Shown here one piece after another: positions 37,918-46,986 of a DNA stretch of 64,000 bases (the stretch's first letter is position 1; each line of letters starts with the position of its first letter). A program made the translations under genes and the position numbers. Under the pieces are notes generated by a model. The model was not told where the DNA came from. It did not search any database and saw only the letters and a program-made list of their open reading frames with translations. The stretch spans positions 62,001 to 126,000 of IMG/VR virus record IMGVR_UViG_3300033143_001962. The stretch is one strand, 5' to 3'.

Positions 37918-38703
37918 TCATTGAACAAAGTCCTTAGCAGTGTACATTCTTTCATCCGCTAAGTGAATTAACTTATCAATTGAACTAGACTCTGTGCTGA
38001 TAGCAACACCGGCACTACATGAAATATTTAAAATATTATTCTCGTAATGTAGTGGCTCGCGCACCCGCATCGTTAACTTGTCACGTACTGTTTCTACATT
38101 TTCTGTGTTGTTAGGAAGTACAACAATAAACTCATCGCCACCATAACGACAAAATAAATCACCATCTCTTAAGACATTTGCGATACGCTTGGCAATAGTT
38201 TTAAGTACGAAGTCACCAGTGCTGTGACCGTGTGTGTCGTTGATTGCTTTAAACTTATTAAGGTCTATAAACATCAATGAAAATTCATCTGTGATTTTAT
38301 TCATTGCGCTAAAGAACTGATCGCGTGTTAGTGCATCAGTTAATGTATCAGTTAATGCATAAGCACCTGGGTCATGAAATACTGCATACGATAAACTGTC
38401 ATTGAGTTTATGACATTGTAACCGTAGCTTCACTCGCGCCCCTTCTTCTGAAATACCGATAGCGGGCGCATGGCTAGTGTTGCAAGTGTCACACTCGTTA
38501 CATGCAAACTTACCAACTGATCCAGTATTACAAAATAAGTAATCGTTTAGACTAGACCCGATTGCACGTACATTATCGACACCAAGCAAGTTAGCACCGT
38601 ATTCATTGATGTCTACAATATTTTGGTCAATATCAAAAACAACAATACCTAGCGGGCATGTGTTTACAATTTGCTTAATGGCATCAATGTCAAGTTGCTG
38701 CAT
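37918..38703 (-). CDS. PAS-GGDEF diguanylate cyclase
   Basis: D-x-LT, FIDLNKFKAINDTHGH..GD..L, intact RYGGDEF and RxxD I-site (RDGD, 5 residues upstream); N-terminal PAS-like region (GIVVFD..NIVDIN). Start moved to ATG 38703. Confidence 0.92.
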   Translation of the reverse strand: MQQLDIDAIKQIVNTCPLGIVVFDIDQNIVDINEYGANLLGVDNVRAIGSSLNDYLFCNTGSVGKFACNECDTCNTSHAPAIGISEEGARVKLRLQCHKLNDSLSYAVFHDPGAYALTDTLTDALTRDQFFSAMNKITDEFSLMFIDLNKFKAINDTHGHSTGDFVLKTIAKRIANVLRDGDLFCRYGGDEFIVVLPNNTENVETVRDKLTMRVREPLHYENNILNISCSAGVAISTESSSIDKLIHLADERMYTAKDFVQ

Positions 38704-38935
38704 TATCGTTTTCTCTGTTAATGAAGAACATTTTGTACGAGACGATGTTGTCTCCGCGCGTTGCGTAGCCTGTGTGTTTGTCAAGTTTTTTCCATTTTAT
38801 TTTTGTTGTTTCGGGAAAGGTTTCAAGGTAGTGTTCACATGCGGTGATAGCTGATTGCTTGCTAGACACAACCGCAAGTGGTTCTGGATGAACCTCTTGG
38901 TCTTCGTGTCCTGACATTATCACATACGCTCTCAT
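38690..38935 (-). CDS. Hypothetical protein coupled to the DGC
   Basis: 81 aa; its stop overlaps the DGC start. Confidence 0.65.
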   Translation of the reverse strand: MRAYVIMSGHEDQEVHPEPLAVVSSKQSAITACEHYLETFPETTKIKWKKLDKHTGYATRGDNIVSYKMFFINRENDNAAT

Positions 38936-38964
38936 TGTATCACCTGTTTATTAACTGTTAACTA

Positions 38965-39024
38965 AGTATAGCAGACCCGTAACAAAAGGTCAACCTTTTA
39001 ATCACTGTATAAATCAATGACTTA
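38965..39024 (-). promoter_or_regulatory. Sigma70-type promoter with IHF-consensus site (opposite orientation)
   Basis: TTGACC-17-TATACT (38993 to 38965); AATCAATGACTTA at 39012-39024. Confidence 0.8.
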
Positions 39025-39921
39025 AAAGGTGTATTTTAGCTTTACGCCGTATAATTCCCATTTATATGGGTAAATCCCACCTATATCGAGTAAATCGTAC
39101 AAGAATTGTACTTGTAAGTCCTTATTAATGTTGTTACGCACTAGGACCTTAAAGGTCACTTCCGGAGATTTGTCTGCTGAATTGATTTGTTGTGTGCCAA
39201 CCATAAGTTTACTATCAACGTACCACTTGTTGCTGTACTTCTTTCTATATCCTACACCAATTAGCTCATCTTGCAGGTGCTCGGGTGAGAAGTACTCCTT
39301 AGGATTAAAGCTTGCGTCTTTAATTTTAAGTAATGCTTGAGCACTTAGCCCGTACTTGATAGGAACAATAACTTTTAATTTAGTTATGTCTTTAACATTA
39401 CCATCACTGAAGTTTTGTGTAGTGTACGCACCAACTAGCGTTGTATCTAGGAATGATGTATTGTAATCCCCTGCAACTCCAATTGACGTAAACGTAATCT
39501 TAGAGTTAATTGCATTAACACTGTCTACAATATTCTTCTCAGCACTTGCAGATACATTGCCTTTGCCTAACTTGCTTGATACATTAATAGTGCCACCAAA
39601 TGTAGACCAGTTACTGCCGAAGTAGTTATGAACCGTACCGTTAACTTGTACACCCTTGCTTAAACGTTTGAATGTACCTTGAACTTTGTTAAGTGACACT
39701 GACTTCAATGTATCACTGGCTGTGAACACACCACTGTTAATACCGTAGATGTAATGTCCTGCTTTTCTTGAGTACCCGCCAGTAAACAATCTAGTATCGT
39801 TGCCATCACTGTCAGTTGTTATTTCGTGCTCGAAGTTTACTTCGTCTGCTAGTGCTAAGTCAGTGATAAGAATTAGTAAAAATACTATCGCTGCTAACAC
39901 AAATCCTTGAGCAATTTTCAT
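39022..39921 (-). CDS. Outer-membrane beta-barrel protein (PgaA/YaiO-porin-like role inferred)
   Basis: Signal peptide ending ALA; alternating amphipathic strands; C-terminal YGVKLKYTF with terminal Phe. Confidence 0.7.
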   Translation of the reverse strand: MKIAQGFVLAAIVFLLILITDLALADEVNFEHEITTDSDGNDTRLFTGGYSRKAGHYIYGINSGVFTASDTLKSVSLNKVQGTFKRLSKGVQVNGTVHNYFGSNWSTFGGTINVSSKLGKGNVSASAEKNIVDSVNAINSKITFTSIGVAGDYNTSFLDTTLVGAYTTQNFSDGNVKDITKLKVIVPIKYGLSAQALLKIKDASFNPKEYFSPEHLQDELIGVGYRKKYSNKWYVDSKLMVGTQQINSADKSPEVTFKVLVRNNINKDLQVQFLYDLLDIGGIYPYKWELYGVKLKYTF

Positions 39922-41249
39922 TTAGTTCCCCATGTCTTTTTCGTGTTAAATACTTCACTTAAATATCCTGTAACAGCCGCCGGAGCAACTAGTACTTGGT
40001 ACACAATCATGTACCATATGAACCCAATTGGGTTACGTCTCACTTTTAATCCCATCTTTTCAAAGATGCGTGTTTGATTAATATAGAATATCCAGTTACT
40101 TAAAAATACAATAGGTAACATCATTAAAATGTAAACGCCTACAATAGTATCGTACCCAAACAACAACGATGCTAATGCACCAGGTATAAAGATAAACAAA
40201 TAAAATGTATCAACAAACGGGATGAACATGTTAATCCAAACAAATGGAGTATTCATCTTAATATCTGTAATAGTCCTAGGATGTATTTTAAATGCTTCTA
40301 TAAGTCCACGTGACCAACGCTTGCGCTGATGGAAGAATGTTTTATAATCTTCTGGAACATTTGTAAATGCTATTGCAGTTTCGTCGTACCCTATTCTATA
40401 TCCCTTTGCACGTAGAGCCCAAGTCAAGACAATATCTTCACCTACAGTGTTTGGCCATCCGCCTACTTCATTTAATGCCGAAGTGCGGTATATTGAAAAT
40501 GCGCCTTGGGCAACTAACGTACCTTGGAATAAACTTTGTACACGCTTCACGACAGAAATGCCATGGAAGTAATCCCACTCTTGTATCTTTGTAAGCCAGT
40601 TGTGTCTACTGTTACGTACAAGTGGTGTACCTGCTACTGCCGCAGTGTTCTCCGGACCAAGTACAATGTTACATACGATATTGTTGATAGCATCTTTGTA
40701 CAAGTAAGTATCTGCGTCTATTGTAATAACGTATTCGTCATCAGTTAACGCAAGTCCGCGGAGTAATGCGTGAGCCTTGCCTACATTTTCTTCTAGCATT
40801 AACGTGTGTATTGCTAAGTTATCGCGTGTGTGCTGAGTTGCTGCTATCTGCGCGTTCTCTACGGTAGCATCCTTTGATCCATCATCAATTACAATTACAT
40901 TTAGTTTCCCGCCGTACTCTTGTTTAGCAACAGACTCAATAGTAGCTTCTATACTTTCTTCTTCATTGTATGCGGCAATTAGAATAGTTATGTCAGGATA
41001 TTCCTCAAGCTCGCCTTTAGTGTATTCTGGCCGCTTGTCCATTAACAGCCCTGTCATTATAAAGACGTTTGCAAAGCCTGGAACAAATGCTAAGAAAAAT
41101 ACTACAACCCAAGCTGCATAAGGAACCCAAAATGCAAATAGTACTTTAAGTTCTTCTACCCAAGGTAGTAGAATCATCCAGCTAATTACTAGCCAGAACG
41201 ATCCCATAAGTGTGCAAATTGCGAGTTTCCCTTTTACTGGTATGTACAT
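39918..41249 (-). CDS. Processive family-2 glycosyltransferase (PgaC/IcaA-like glycan synthase)
   Basis: IAAYNEE, IDDGS, GKA, IDADT, GEDI, QRKRW (D,D,D,QxxRW); TM helices at both ends. Confidence 0.92.
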   Translation of the reverse strand: MYIPVKGKLAICTLMGSFWLVISWMILLPWVEELKVLFAFWVPYAAWVVVFFLAFVPGFANVFIMTGLLMDKRPEYTKGELEEYPDITILIAAYNEEESIEATIESVAKQEYGGKLNVIVIDDGSKDATVENAQIAATQHTRDNLAIHTLMLEENVGKAHALLRGLALTDDEYVITIDADTYLYKDAINNIVCNIVLGPENTAAVAGTPLVRNSRHNWLTKIQEWDYFHGISVVKRVQSLFQGTLVAQGAFSIYRTSALNEVGGWPNTVGEDIVLTWALRAKGYRIGYDETAIAFTNVPEDYKTFFHQRKRWSRGLIEAFKIHPRTITDIKMNTPFVWINMFIPFVDTFYLFIFIPGALASLLFGYDTIVGVYILMMLPIVFLSNWIFYINQTRIFEKMGLKVRRNPIGFIWYMIVYQVLVAPAAVTGYLSEVFNTKKTWGTK

Positions 41250-41260
41250 TTAAAATCCGT

Positions 41261-41791
41261 TTAATCTTTGTGGTCATCAGGTACGTTAAGCCTGTCGTAT
41301 GTAGTGAACTTACCAGACTTGATGTCTTGGTAGTTGATGGGCTTACCACCTGTTAGCTCAACACAAACGTTAACATACCTTTCATCCTTAACACCAGTTG
41401 AGTGGGTATGTCCGTGTATAACTGGCCTGCCCCACAGTTCGCTTTCGTGAATTGGAAAGTGGCTAAGCCAATGCTTTTTGTATTTAACCGGTCCGATGAT
41501 ATCGTCAAATATTTCTAAGTACTCACTTGCAGAGCGTTGATCGTGATTGCCCATTAGCAGTATTTTAGTACCTGGTAATCCCTTAATGTGTGTTAGATCA
41601 AATCCAACGTCACCTAAGATGTAAATCTTGTCACGCTTGTTAACTGTGTCATTCCACAGATCGTAAATCATTTCATCGTGTTCTTCAATTGTTTTAATTC
41701 CGCCCATCGCTTTCGATCGTGCGTAATCATGGAACTCTAGTACCCTAGCGTGTCCTAAGTGTAAGTCACTGTTAAAATATACTTGACTCAT
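41261..41791 (-). CDS. Calcineurin-like metallophosphoesterase
   Basis: SDLHLGH, LGDV, GNHD, SHFP, HGHTH. Confidence 0.88.
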   Translation of the reverse strand: MSQVYFNSDLHLGHARVLEFHDYARSKAMGGIKTIEEHDEMIYDLWNDTVNKRDKIYILGDVGFDLTHIKGLPGTKILLMGNHDQRSASEYLEIFDDIIGPVKYKKHWLSHFPIHESELWGRPVIHGHTHSTGVKDERYVNVCVELTGGKPINYQDIKSGKFTTYDRLNVPDDHKD

Positions 41792-42008
41792 TTTTCTTCC
41801 TTTCCTCTATTTGTTTTGTAATTGAAGCCTCTGTTTGCTTCAATGCTTGGCCTCTTGCCCTGACTCTTGCTAAAACATCAGCAACGGTCTCTTCTTCTTG
41901 TATGCTACCGTCATCTAATAATTTGTACATAGTGAGGTACTGTTCCCATAAGTCTTGTAACCCAGGATGCGCCTCACGCATTAATTCATCTTTGCATTTC
42001 ATAGACAT
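41772..42008 (-). CDS. 'LR..HP.LKDAWE.Y..L.L' family, member 8
   Basis: LMREAHPGLQDLWEQYLTMYKLL. Confidence 0.75.
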   Translation of the reverse strand: MSMKCKDELMREAHPGLQDLWEQYLTMYKLLDDGSIQEEETVADVLARVRARGQALKQTEASITKQIEERKKNESSIF

Positions 42009-42289
42009 TATTCCGGATATCTTCTACTAAATGCACTTTTCATATCTGCTAATGTCTTTCGCTTTCTCGCCATAACATCCGCCAATGAATCTTTCTTAGG
42101 GTCGGGATTATCTACTAGGCACAATTTTAAAATAATGTTGTACTGTTCCCATGCATCTTTTAACGCAGGGTTAGTCTCACGCATCTTTTCTTCGTGCGAC
42201 TTACTTGGATAACTGTTTTTGACATCCTGCCGCAAAGTCATCTCTCTATAGAGATCTTTAATGTTTTCGTATAAATCATCGTCATTCAT
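42008..42289 (-). CDS. 'LR..HP.LKDAWE.Y..L.L' family, member 7
   Basis: KMRETNPALKDAWEQYNIILKL. Confidence 0.75.
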   Translation of the reverse strand: MNDDDLYENIKDLYREMTLRQDVKNSYPSKSHEEKMRETNPALKDAWEQYNIILKLCLVDNPDPKKDSLADVMARKRKTLADMKSAFSRRYPE

Positions 42290-42428
42290 TATTTTGTACC
42301 TCTTTAACTTTTACAACATACCCGCCATGATCCTCTGCCCATCGCTCAGCTCCGTACAAACTGTTAAATGCTTCTTTAACATCGCCAGTTTCATCTACAA
42401 CTAGATGCCATACCCAATTCTGGTTCAT
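42282..42428 (-). CDS. Small hypothetical protein interrupting the array
   Basis: MNQNWVWHLVVDE...; start moved to ATG 42428 (ATGA overlap). Confidence 0.6.
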   Translation of the reverse strand: MNQNWVWHLVVDETGDVKEAFNSLYGAERWAEDHGGYVVKVKEVQNNE

Positions 42429-42574
42429 GTGTGTTCTACCATCTTTAAAATAATTTGATACTTTTCCCAAGCATCTTTAAGCGCAGGATGTTCCTCACGT
42501 AACTTTTCCTCGTTAACTTCGATCCCGTTGAACGGCCCATCGTTGAGTAAATCAGCAAAATCTGTTAAGCTCAT
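42425..42574 (-). CDS. 'LR..HP.LKDAWE.Y..L.L' family, member 6 (49 aa, not in ORF track)
   Basis: MSLTDFADLLNDGPFNGIEVNEEKLREEHPALKDAWEKYQIILKMVEHT. Confidence 0.8.
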   Translation of the reverse strand: MSLTDFADLLNDGPFNGIEVNEEKLREEHPALKDAWEKYQIILKMVEHT

Positions 42575-42948
42575 CACGATGCTAACCTCGCTAATAATTT
42601 ATATTGTTCGTAAGCTTGCTTAAGCTCTTCGTCGTCCTTTATTAAGTTCTGTACTTTTTCATTAACACTGTACAAGTGCTTTGCTTCTTTACGCCACCGC
42701 CAATCATGCATTGCTAAGTAATTACCTGGGATAATAACCGGCGCCCGCATTTTTAAATGTTGCGGTAACAAGGCTTGATACGTATTGTACGTATCCTTAA
42801 TCCCTTTATTGTTAACTACTGCAATCATAGCTTTTCTGTGTGCTAGTACGATAGATTGTGCTTCAGCATCCAGTTTTCTACGTATTTCAATACGTTCTGC
42901 TTCCGTAGCTATTCTTACCCCTGTACTTGTCATTGGCTCTGCACTCAT
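42574..42948 (-). CDS. 'LR..HP.LKDAWE.Y..L.L' family, member 5
   Basis: Ends LIKDDEELKQAYEQYKLLARLAS. Confidence 0.7.
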   Translation of the reverse strand: MSAEPMTSTGVRIATEAERIEIRRKLDAEAQSIVLAHRKAMIAVVNNKGIKDTYNTYQALLPQHLKMRAPVIIPGNYLAMHDWRWRKEAKHLYSVNEKVQNLIKDDEELKQAYEQYKLLARLAS

Positions 42949-43178
42949 TTTCTATTCAACTTCAAAACAATTTGATACTTTTCCCAAGCATCTTTTACTG
43001 CTATGTTATTCTTCCTTAAGTCTAATTCTTCTAGTGCATGACCCCTTGGTGGTCGTGGAGGAGGTGGTGGCGGAACTACCCAGCTCGGGCTACGTGACGG
43101 CGGAATATAATTAGGCCCGATACTATCAGTGTACCCGCTACTAAATGCTTGTTTTAACCTGCGCCACATCTCTTTCAT
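42945..43178 (-). CDS. 'LR..HP.LKDAWE.Y..L.L' family, member 4 (Pro-rich linker)
   Basis: LDLRKNNIAVKDAWEKYQIVLKL; start moved to ATG 43178. Confidence 0.75.
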   Translation of the reverse strand: MKEMWRRLKQAFSSGYTDSIGPNYIPPSRSPSWVVPPPPPPRPPRGHALEELDLRKNNIAVKDAWEKYQIVLKLNRK

Positions 43179-43342
43179 TTGCCGTGCAACCTTAATAACA
43201 TTTGATACTTTTCCCAAGCATCTTGTAAGTCTGGATGTTTAGCCCGCGCCTCAGCCTCAGACATACGTTGTTCAATTGGCTGACTGAGCTTACGATTTCG
43301 TAAACGCTCAAGCATTTCTGTCCCTGTTTTCTTTCTAGTCAC
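43175..43342 (-). CDS. 'LR..HP.LKDAWE.Y..L.L' family, member 3 (55 aa, not in ORF track)
   Basis: GTG start; ...EAEARAKHPDLQDAWEKYQMLLRLHGK. Confidence 0.8.
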   Translation of the reverse strand: MTRKKTGTEMLERLRNRKLSQPIEQRMSEAEARAKHPDLQDAWEKYQMLLRLHGK

Positions 43343-43709
43343 TAAACCCTCTGCCCCCTCGTGGTTGCATTATTGTTGGCCTTACTGAGTTGTTAGCTAT
43401 TTTCATTTCTTCAACTTCTGCGTTCTGTGTGCTAACTAACTTCAACATCATTTCGTACTGTAACTTAGCATGTTGATACGCTTCGTATGTTTCATTTAAC
43501 CCTGGATGTTCCGCTCTTAAATTTGCTTCGACTTCACTGTAATCTTTACGTGCTGGCTTCACCCGCGGCATTGGCGGTGGACGCAGGTGGTGCGGAGCAA
43601 TCTTCATCGGGTCATAACCTGATTTTGTAAACAAGCTTTTAAACTCTTCCCAGAACCCTGGGGTATGTATATCTCGTCCGCCTGGCGGATTAGGTGGTAA
43701 TTGTCCCAT
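43335..43709 (-). CDS. 'LR..HP.LKDAWE.Y..L.L' family, member 2 (Pro-rich)
   Basis: NLRAEHPGLNETYEAYQHAKLQYEMMLKL; start moved to ATG 43709. Confidence 0.7.
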   Translation of the reverse strand: MGQLPPNPPGGRDIHTPGFWEEFKSLFTKSGYDPMKIAPHHLRPPPMPRVKPARKDYSEVEANLRAEHPGLNETYEAYQHAKLQYEMMLKLVSTQNAEVEEMKIANNSVRPTIMQPRGGRGFSD

Positions 43710-43903
43710 TATTTTCTCGCTAACCTCAACACTGTTTGGTACTGTTCCCATGCATCTTTAACGGCATCGTGATTCTCACGCAAGTCTAATTCTTCAGCGA
43801 CTTCTTTACCGTCGCGTTCAGGAATGTAGTAATCGGTATTAATTTTCCATTCGTCTGATTTACGGTTATTAAAATAATCCTTAGCGTAATCGCCCCAGTT
43901 CAT
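43709..43903 (-). CDS. 'LR..HP.LKDAWE.Y..L.L' family, member 1
   Basis: LDLRENHDAVKDAWEQYQTVLRL. Confidence 0.75.
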   Translation of the reverse strand: MNWGDYAKDYFNNRKSDEWKINTDYYIPERDGKEVAEELDLRENHDAVKDAWEQYQTVLRLARK

Positions 43904-44111
43904 TAGTCAACCCACTCTACGTCAATCCATCTATGCACTATGTACCTGGCACCACTCTGTGGGTTAGCGTGAACGACCTCACTGTAAATTTGCCTAATAC
44001 TAACACCTTCGCTCCATCTGGTTTCACCCTGTAACGTAAGCGGGATGAACAAGAAAAGCTTATGTTTTATTCTTTTAGCACCTAACTTAGGTTCTGGTTT
44101 AGCTTTCCATC

Positions 44112-44372
44112 TCATACCGGCTTCACACTCTTAATTGAATCAAGTCTAAAACTACGCCAGCCCTTTGCGTTCACATCGTAAACTGAAAGTACTTCTAAGT
44201 TTTCTTTTTTGGGTTTAGTTTCAGCATCTTCTTTTACTACGCGAGGAGGCAATTCACTTTCTTGTAGTGTGCAAGTCATAACACGCTCATCGCCATTCTT
44301 CTTAGTGAATGTGACAACTACTGTGTCGTCTTTTAATACAGCTTGCAAGTATTTTCTATCAAAATCAGTCAT
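44112..44372 (-). CDS. WYL_2/Sm-like SH3-barrel protein
   Basis: VTFTKKNGDERVMTCTL...VYDVNAKGWRSFRLDSI. Confidence 0.75.
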   Translation of the reverse strand: MTDFDRKYLQAVLKDDTVVVTFTKKNGDERVMTCTLQESELPPRVVKEDAETKPKKENLEVLSVYDVNAKGWRSFRLDSIKSVKPV

Positions 44373-44396
44373 GCTATCTCCTTAAATTAGAGCACA

Positions 44397-44425
44397 AGTA
44401 TAACAGAATTATGCGTGAGAGTCAA
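44397..44425 (-). promoter_or_regulatory. Sigma70-type early promoter
   Basis: TTGACT-17-TATACT. Confidence 0.7.
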
Positions 44426-44593
44426 AAAAATTGCCCGTGTTTGGCACAATAGACTTTTTGATTTTGCCAAAGCGGGAGTACAGTTTGACACCGATAATGT
44501 AGTCGGTTTTTGGTTTATGGAATTCGTTTTCTAAGTACGCTACCATCCTTGGATCAGCGTTGTTGTGTGTAGGTCGTGTTGGACCAGTTAACA

Positions 44594-44902
44594 TTATGCA
44601 GGCATTACCTTATTGGACATAATATCGAATGTTAGCTTTTTAGCTACATCTTCTTTAAAGTACGGGAAGATAGTAAACAATTCGAACGCTTCAACTTCGT
44701 TGTACTCTTTTTCTTTCTTTTTCTTAACTTCTATTAAATCCCATAGATAATTGTGCTGCTTAAAGCGTAGTGCTTTGCCACGCGCACCCCAGCAAGCATA
44801 ATGCTTACTACCTACTTTAATAGCAGTCCAAACCTTGTCGGACTTAACACCATTCTTAGTTTTGTTGCACCAGCCGATGTAAATAAATTCTATATCAGAC
44901 AT
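44594..44902 (-). CDS. WGR-like domain protein
   Basis: SDKVW.....G..Y..WGARG pattern. Confidence 0.5.
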   Translation of the reverse strand: MSDIEFIYIGWCNKTKNGVKSDKVWTAIKVGSKHYACWGARGKALRFKQHNYLWDLIEVKKKKEKEYNEVEAFELFTIFPYFKEDVAKKLTFDIMSNKVMPA

Positions 44903-46958
44903 TAATCAATTTCCTTTACTTCACCGTTAAACATTTCGGCGTATTCGGTTGCAGTACCCCAAGACATTTTAACAGACTCTGCCCCGTCTTTGTACTTTAC
45001 GTAGAACTTACCGTACATGTTTTCGTACACCATAAGCCCTCCACCACCGTAACTAACCTTACGCCATTGTGTTCTGAACCATTTTAATAGTTTCATACGT
45101 CCTCCAGCTTCAAGTACCCGTATTCCTTTTCTAAGAATACATCAATATGGTACTCACCGTTACGACCATTCCCGGCATCACGTTTAAAGTACCGTTTAAA
45201 TTCTTCGCACGTTGCGATGCTGCGCATATCATACGCCCATCGCATGTGCTTAGATAATAAAATTACAGTAATCATTTCCGGTGTGTATTGTTGCTCACGC
45301 AAGAATAAAATAATGTTTGTCCACGCTTGCTCACCGTAATCATCGTACATGTACGCATTGCAAGTCTTGTGGACTATTTCATGCGTCTTAATAAGATCGA
45401 ATAAATCATTCATGTTAGTCCCCGTTCTTGCCAATTGATAATTGTATCTAAGAAGACAAAATACTTTTCGACACTATCATCTTTGGCACCGGTGGAGTGT
45501 TGTATGGTCTGCCAAGCAACTAATCCATCGTACATTGAACCGTAACGCAGGATCATATAAACTTCAATGTCCTTACGCTTAAGCTCGTCGAACTCATCTT
45601 CTGTCAGCTCAGTATTCATACTATCCTTCGTGCCATGGTAGTAAATAATGGTACTTGCCGTACATTGCAATTAAGAAGTATACAGCTAACGCAATAGTAA
45701 AAATGTCCGGCCACTTTAGTTTTTTAATATTCATACTTCAATTCATCTTGGTTAGGCATTTCTTCAACGTCTACAACCGTGCCCGCGACTTCTTTGTTCA
45801 AGTTATCAGCCCAAGTATCAGCAGTTTCTAAATCCTCGAACATTACAAAATCCTCGTACAATTTTGTACGGGTCGTATTCATTCTTATTACTTTGAATTC
45901 TCTCATGCTCATTTTGCTATCTCCTGCAATAAATATTTTATTAATCTGAACCTGATTCGTACCCAGAGTCATAACCTTCGTCGTACCCATCTGAATAACA
46001 TGCGCTACCAAAATCTTCGATATCGCTTATGCGCCAGGATGATGTATTGTATTCTTTAGAAGCCTGGAACGCATCACATTCATCTTTAGTTCCTGTGAAA
46101 TGAATAGTTGTCCCGGTGTAACATAAGTACGTGTCGTTCATTGCGTAAGTGCCTCTAGTAATTTATCTTCACTTTCCTTAGTAATGAATTCCATCTTCTT
46201 ACGCTTGAACACACTTTCAATAAATCCTGGTCTGTTCCAACGTCCGACTATTTTCTTAGCATGTGTGCCATATAGCGAATTGGTTTCATCCCCGCATCGA
46301 GTGCAAATTTCACTGTACTCTTTTTCTTTTTCACTGACCTGGTCACCAGTCTTAGGGCATTTATAAATGTAAGAGTATGTTGTATCAAGTTTCATCCTTT
46401 TCTCCAACGCTTATAACGTTCATGAATTTGACCAATGATAACACCAGCAAGTATTCCGTAAAATAATAAATGTATAGCACTCATTGATTATACCTCTGCT
46501 TTTAAGTTTTCACTGTGCCAGCCACGTACCCAATCTTCTAACATTTCTAACGTGTTATTTGGATGCCGGCCTAACAGTTCCATAAATTCTTTGTCTAGGA
46601 ATGGCGCATTTGCAGTATCATTTAAAAATGCAGCTCTGCCCATTTCTTGTGATTTTGAAAAAGCCATAATTAACTCCTAGAAGTAGTGTATGCGAGTTCG
46701 ATCTGTACCTTCGAACCGTTCGTCGTATTCTAATGTAATATTTCCGACTTCGTTGATTCCGACAGTTTTGCCACTGCATGACTTTTCCATGTCTTTAGCG
46801 TCTAAGTAACGGAAGCCATTGTAAGCACCAGCTCTATGAAGTGTCTGTTCTAAAAGCATTATAACACCTTCTCGCATTTGAACTTGGTCATCTGCTAAGT
46901 TCATTAGCAGAGCATTTGCATGGTTTGTCATATCTTCAATTTTTGCTGTCTTACGCAT
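44902..46958 (-). other. Run of short hypothetical early ORFs
   Basis: Coupled 28-113 aa ORFs downstream of the promoter at 46987-47014. Confidence 0.65.
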
Positions 46959-46986
46959 AAGTCACCCGTTTTGTTAATATGTAGTA

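Larger units (their letters stand above)
42453..43224. repeat. Three identical 25-nt copies inside the paralog array
   Basis: ATTTGATACTTTTCCCAAGCATCTT at 42453, 42970 and 43200; a related 21-mer GTACTGTTCCCATGCATCTTT at 42140 and 43739. Confidence 0.9.

Noticed and set aside
42282-43751. ORF-track starts MGKVSN... (42470, 43217) and MGTVP... (43751) as a shared N-terminal motif
   Set aside because: These ATGs are out-of-frame readings of the upstream gene's DAWEKY/DAWEQY codons; the real starts at 42428, 43178 and 43709 overlap the preceding stops.
42140-43759. Short exact repeats as a CRISPR or mini-array
   Set aside because: Spacing is irregular (230-520 nt), each repeat encodes the same protein motif in frame, and no cas gene or leader is present.
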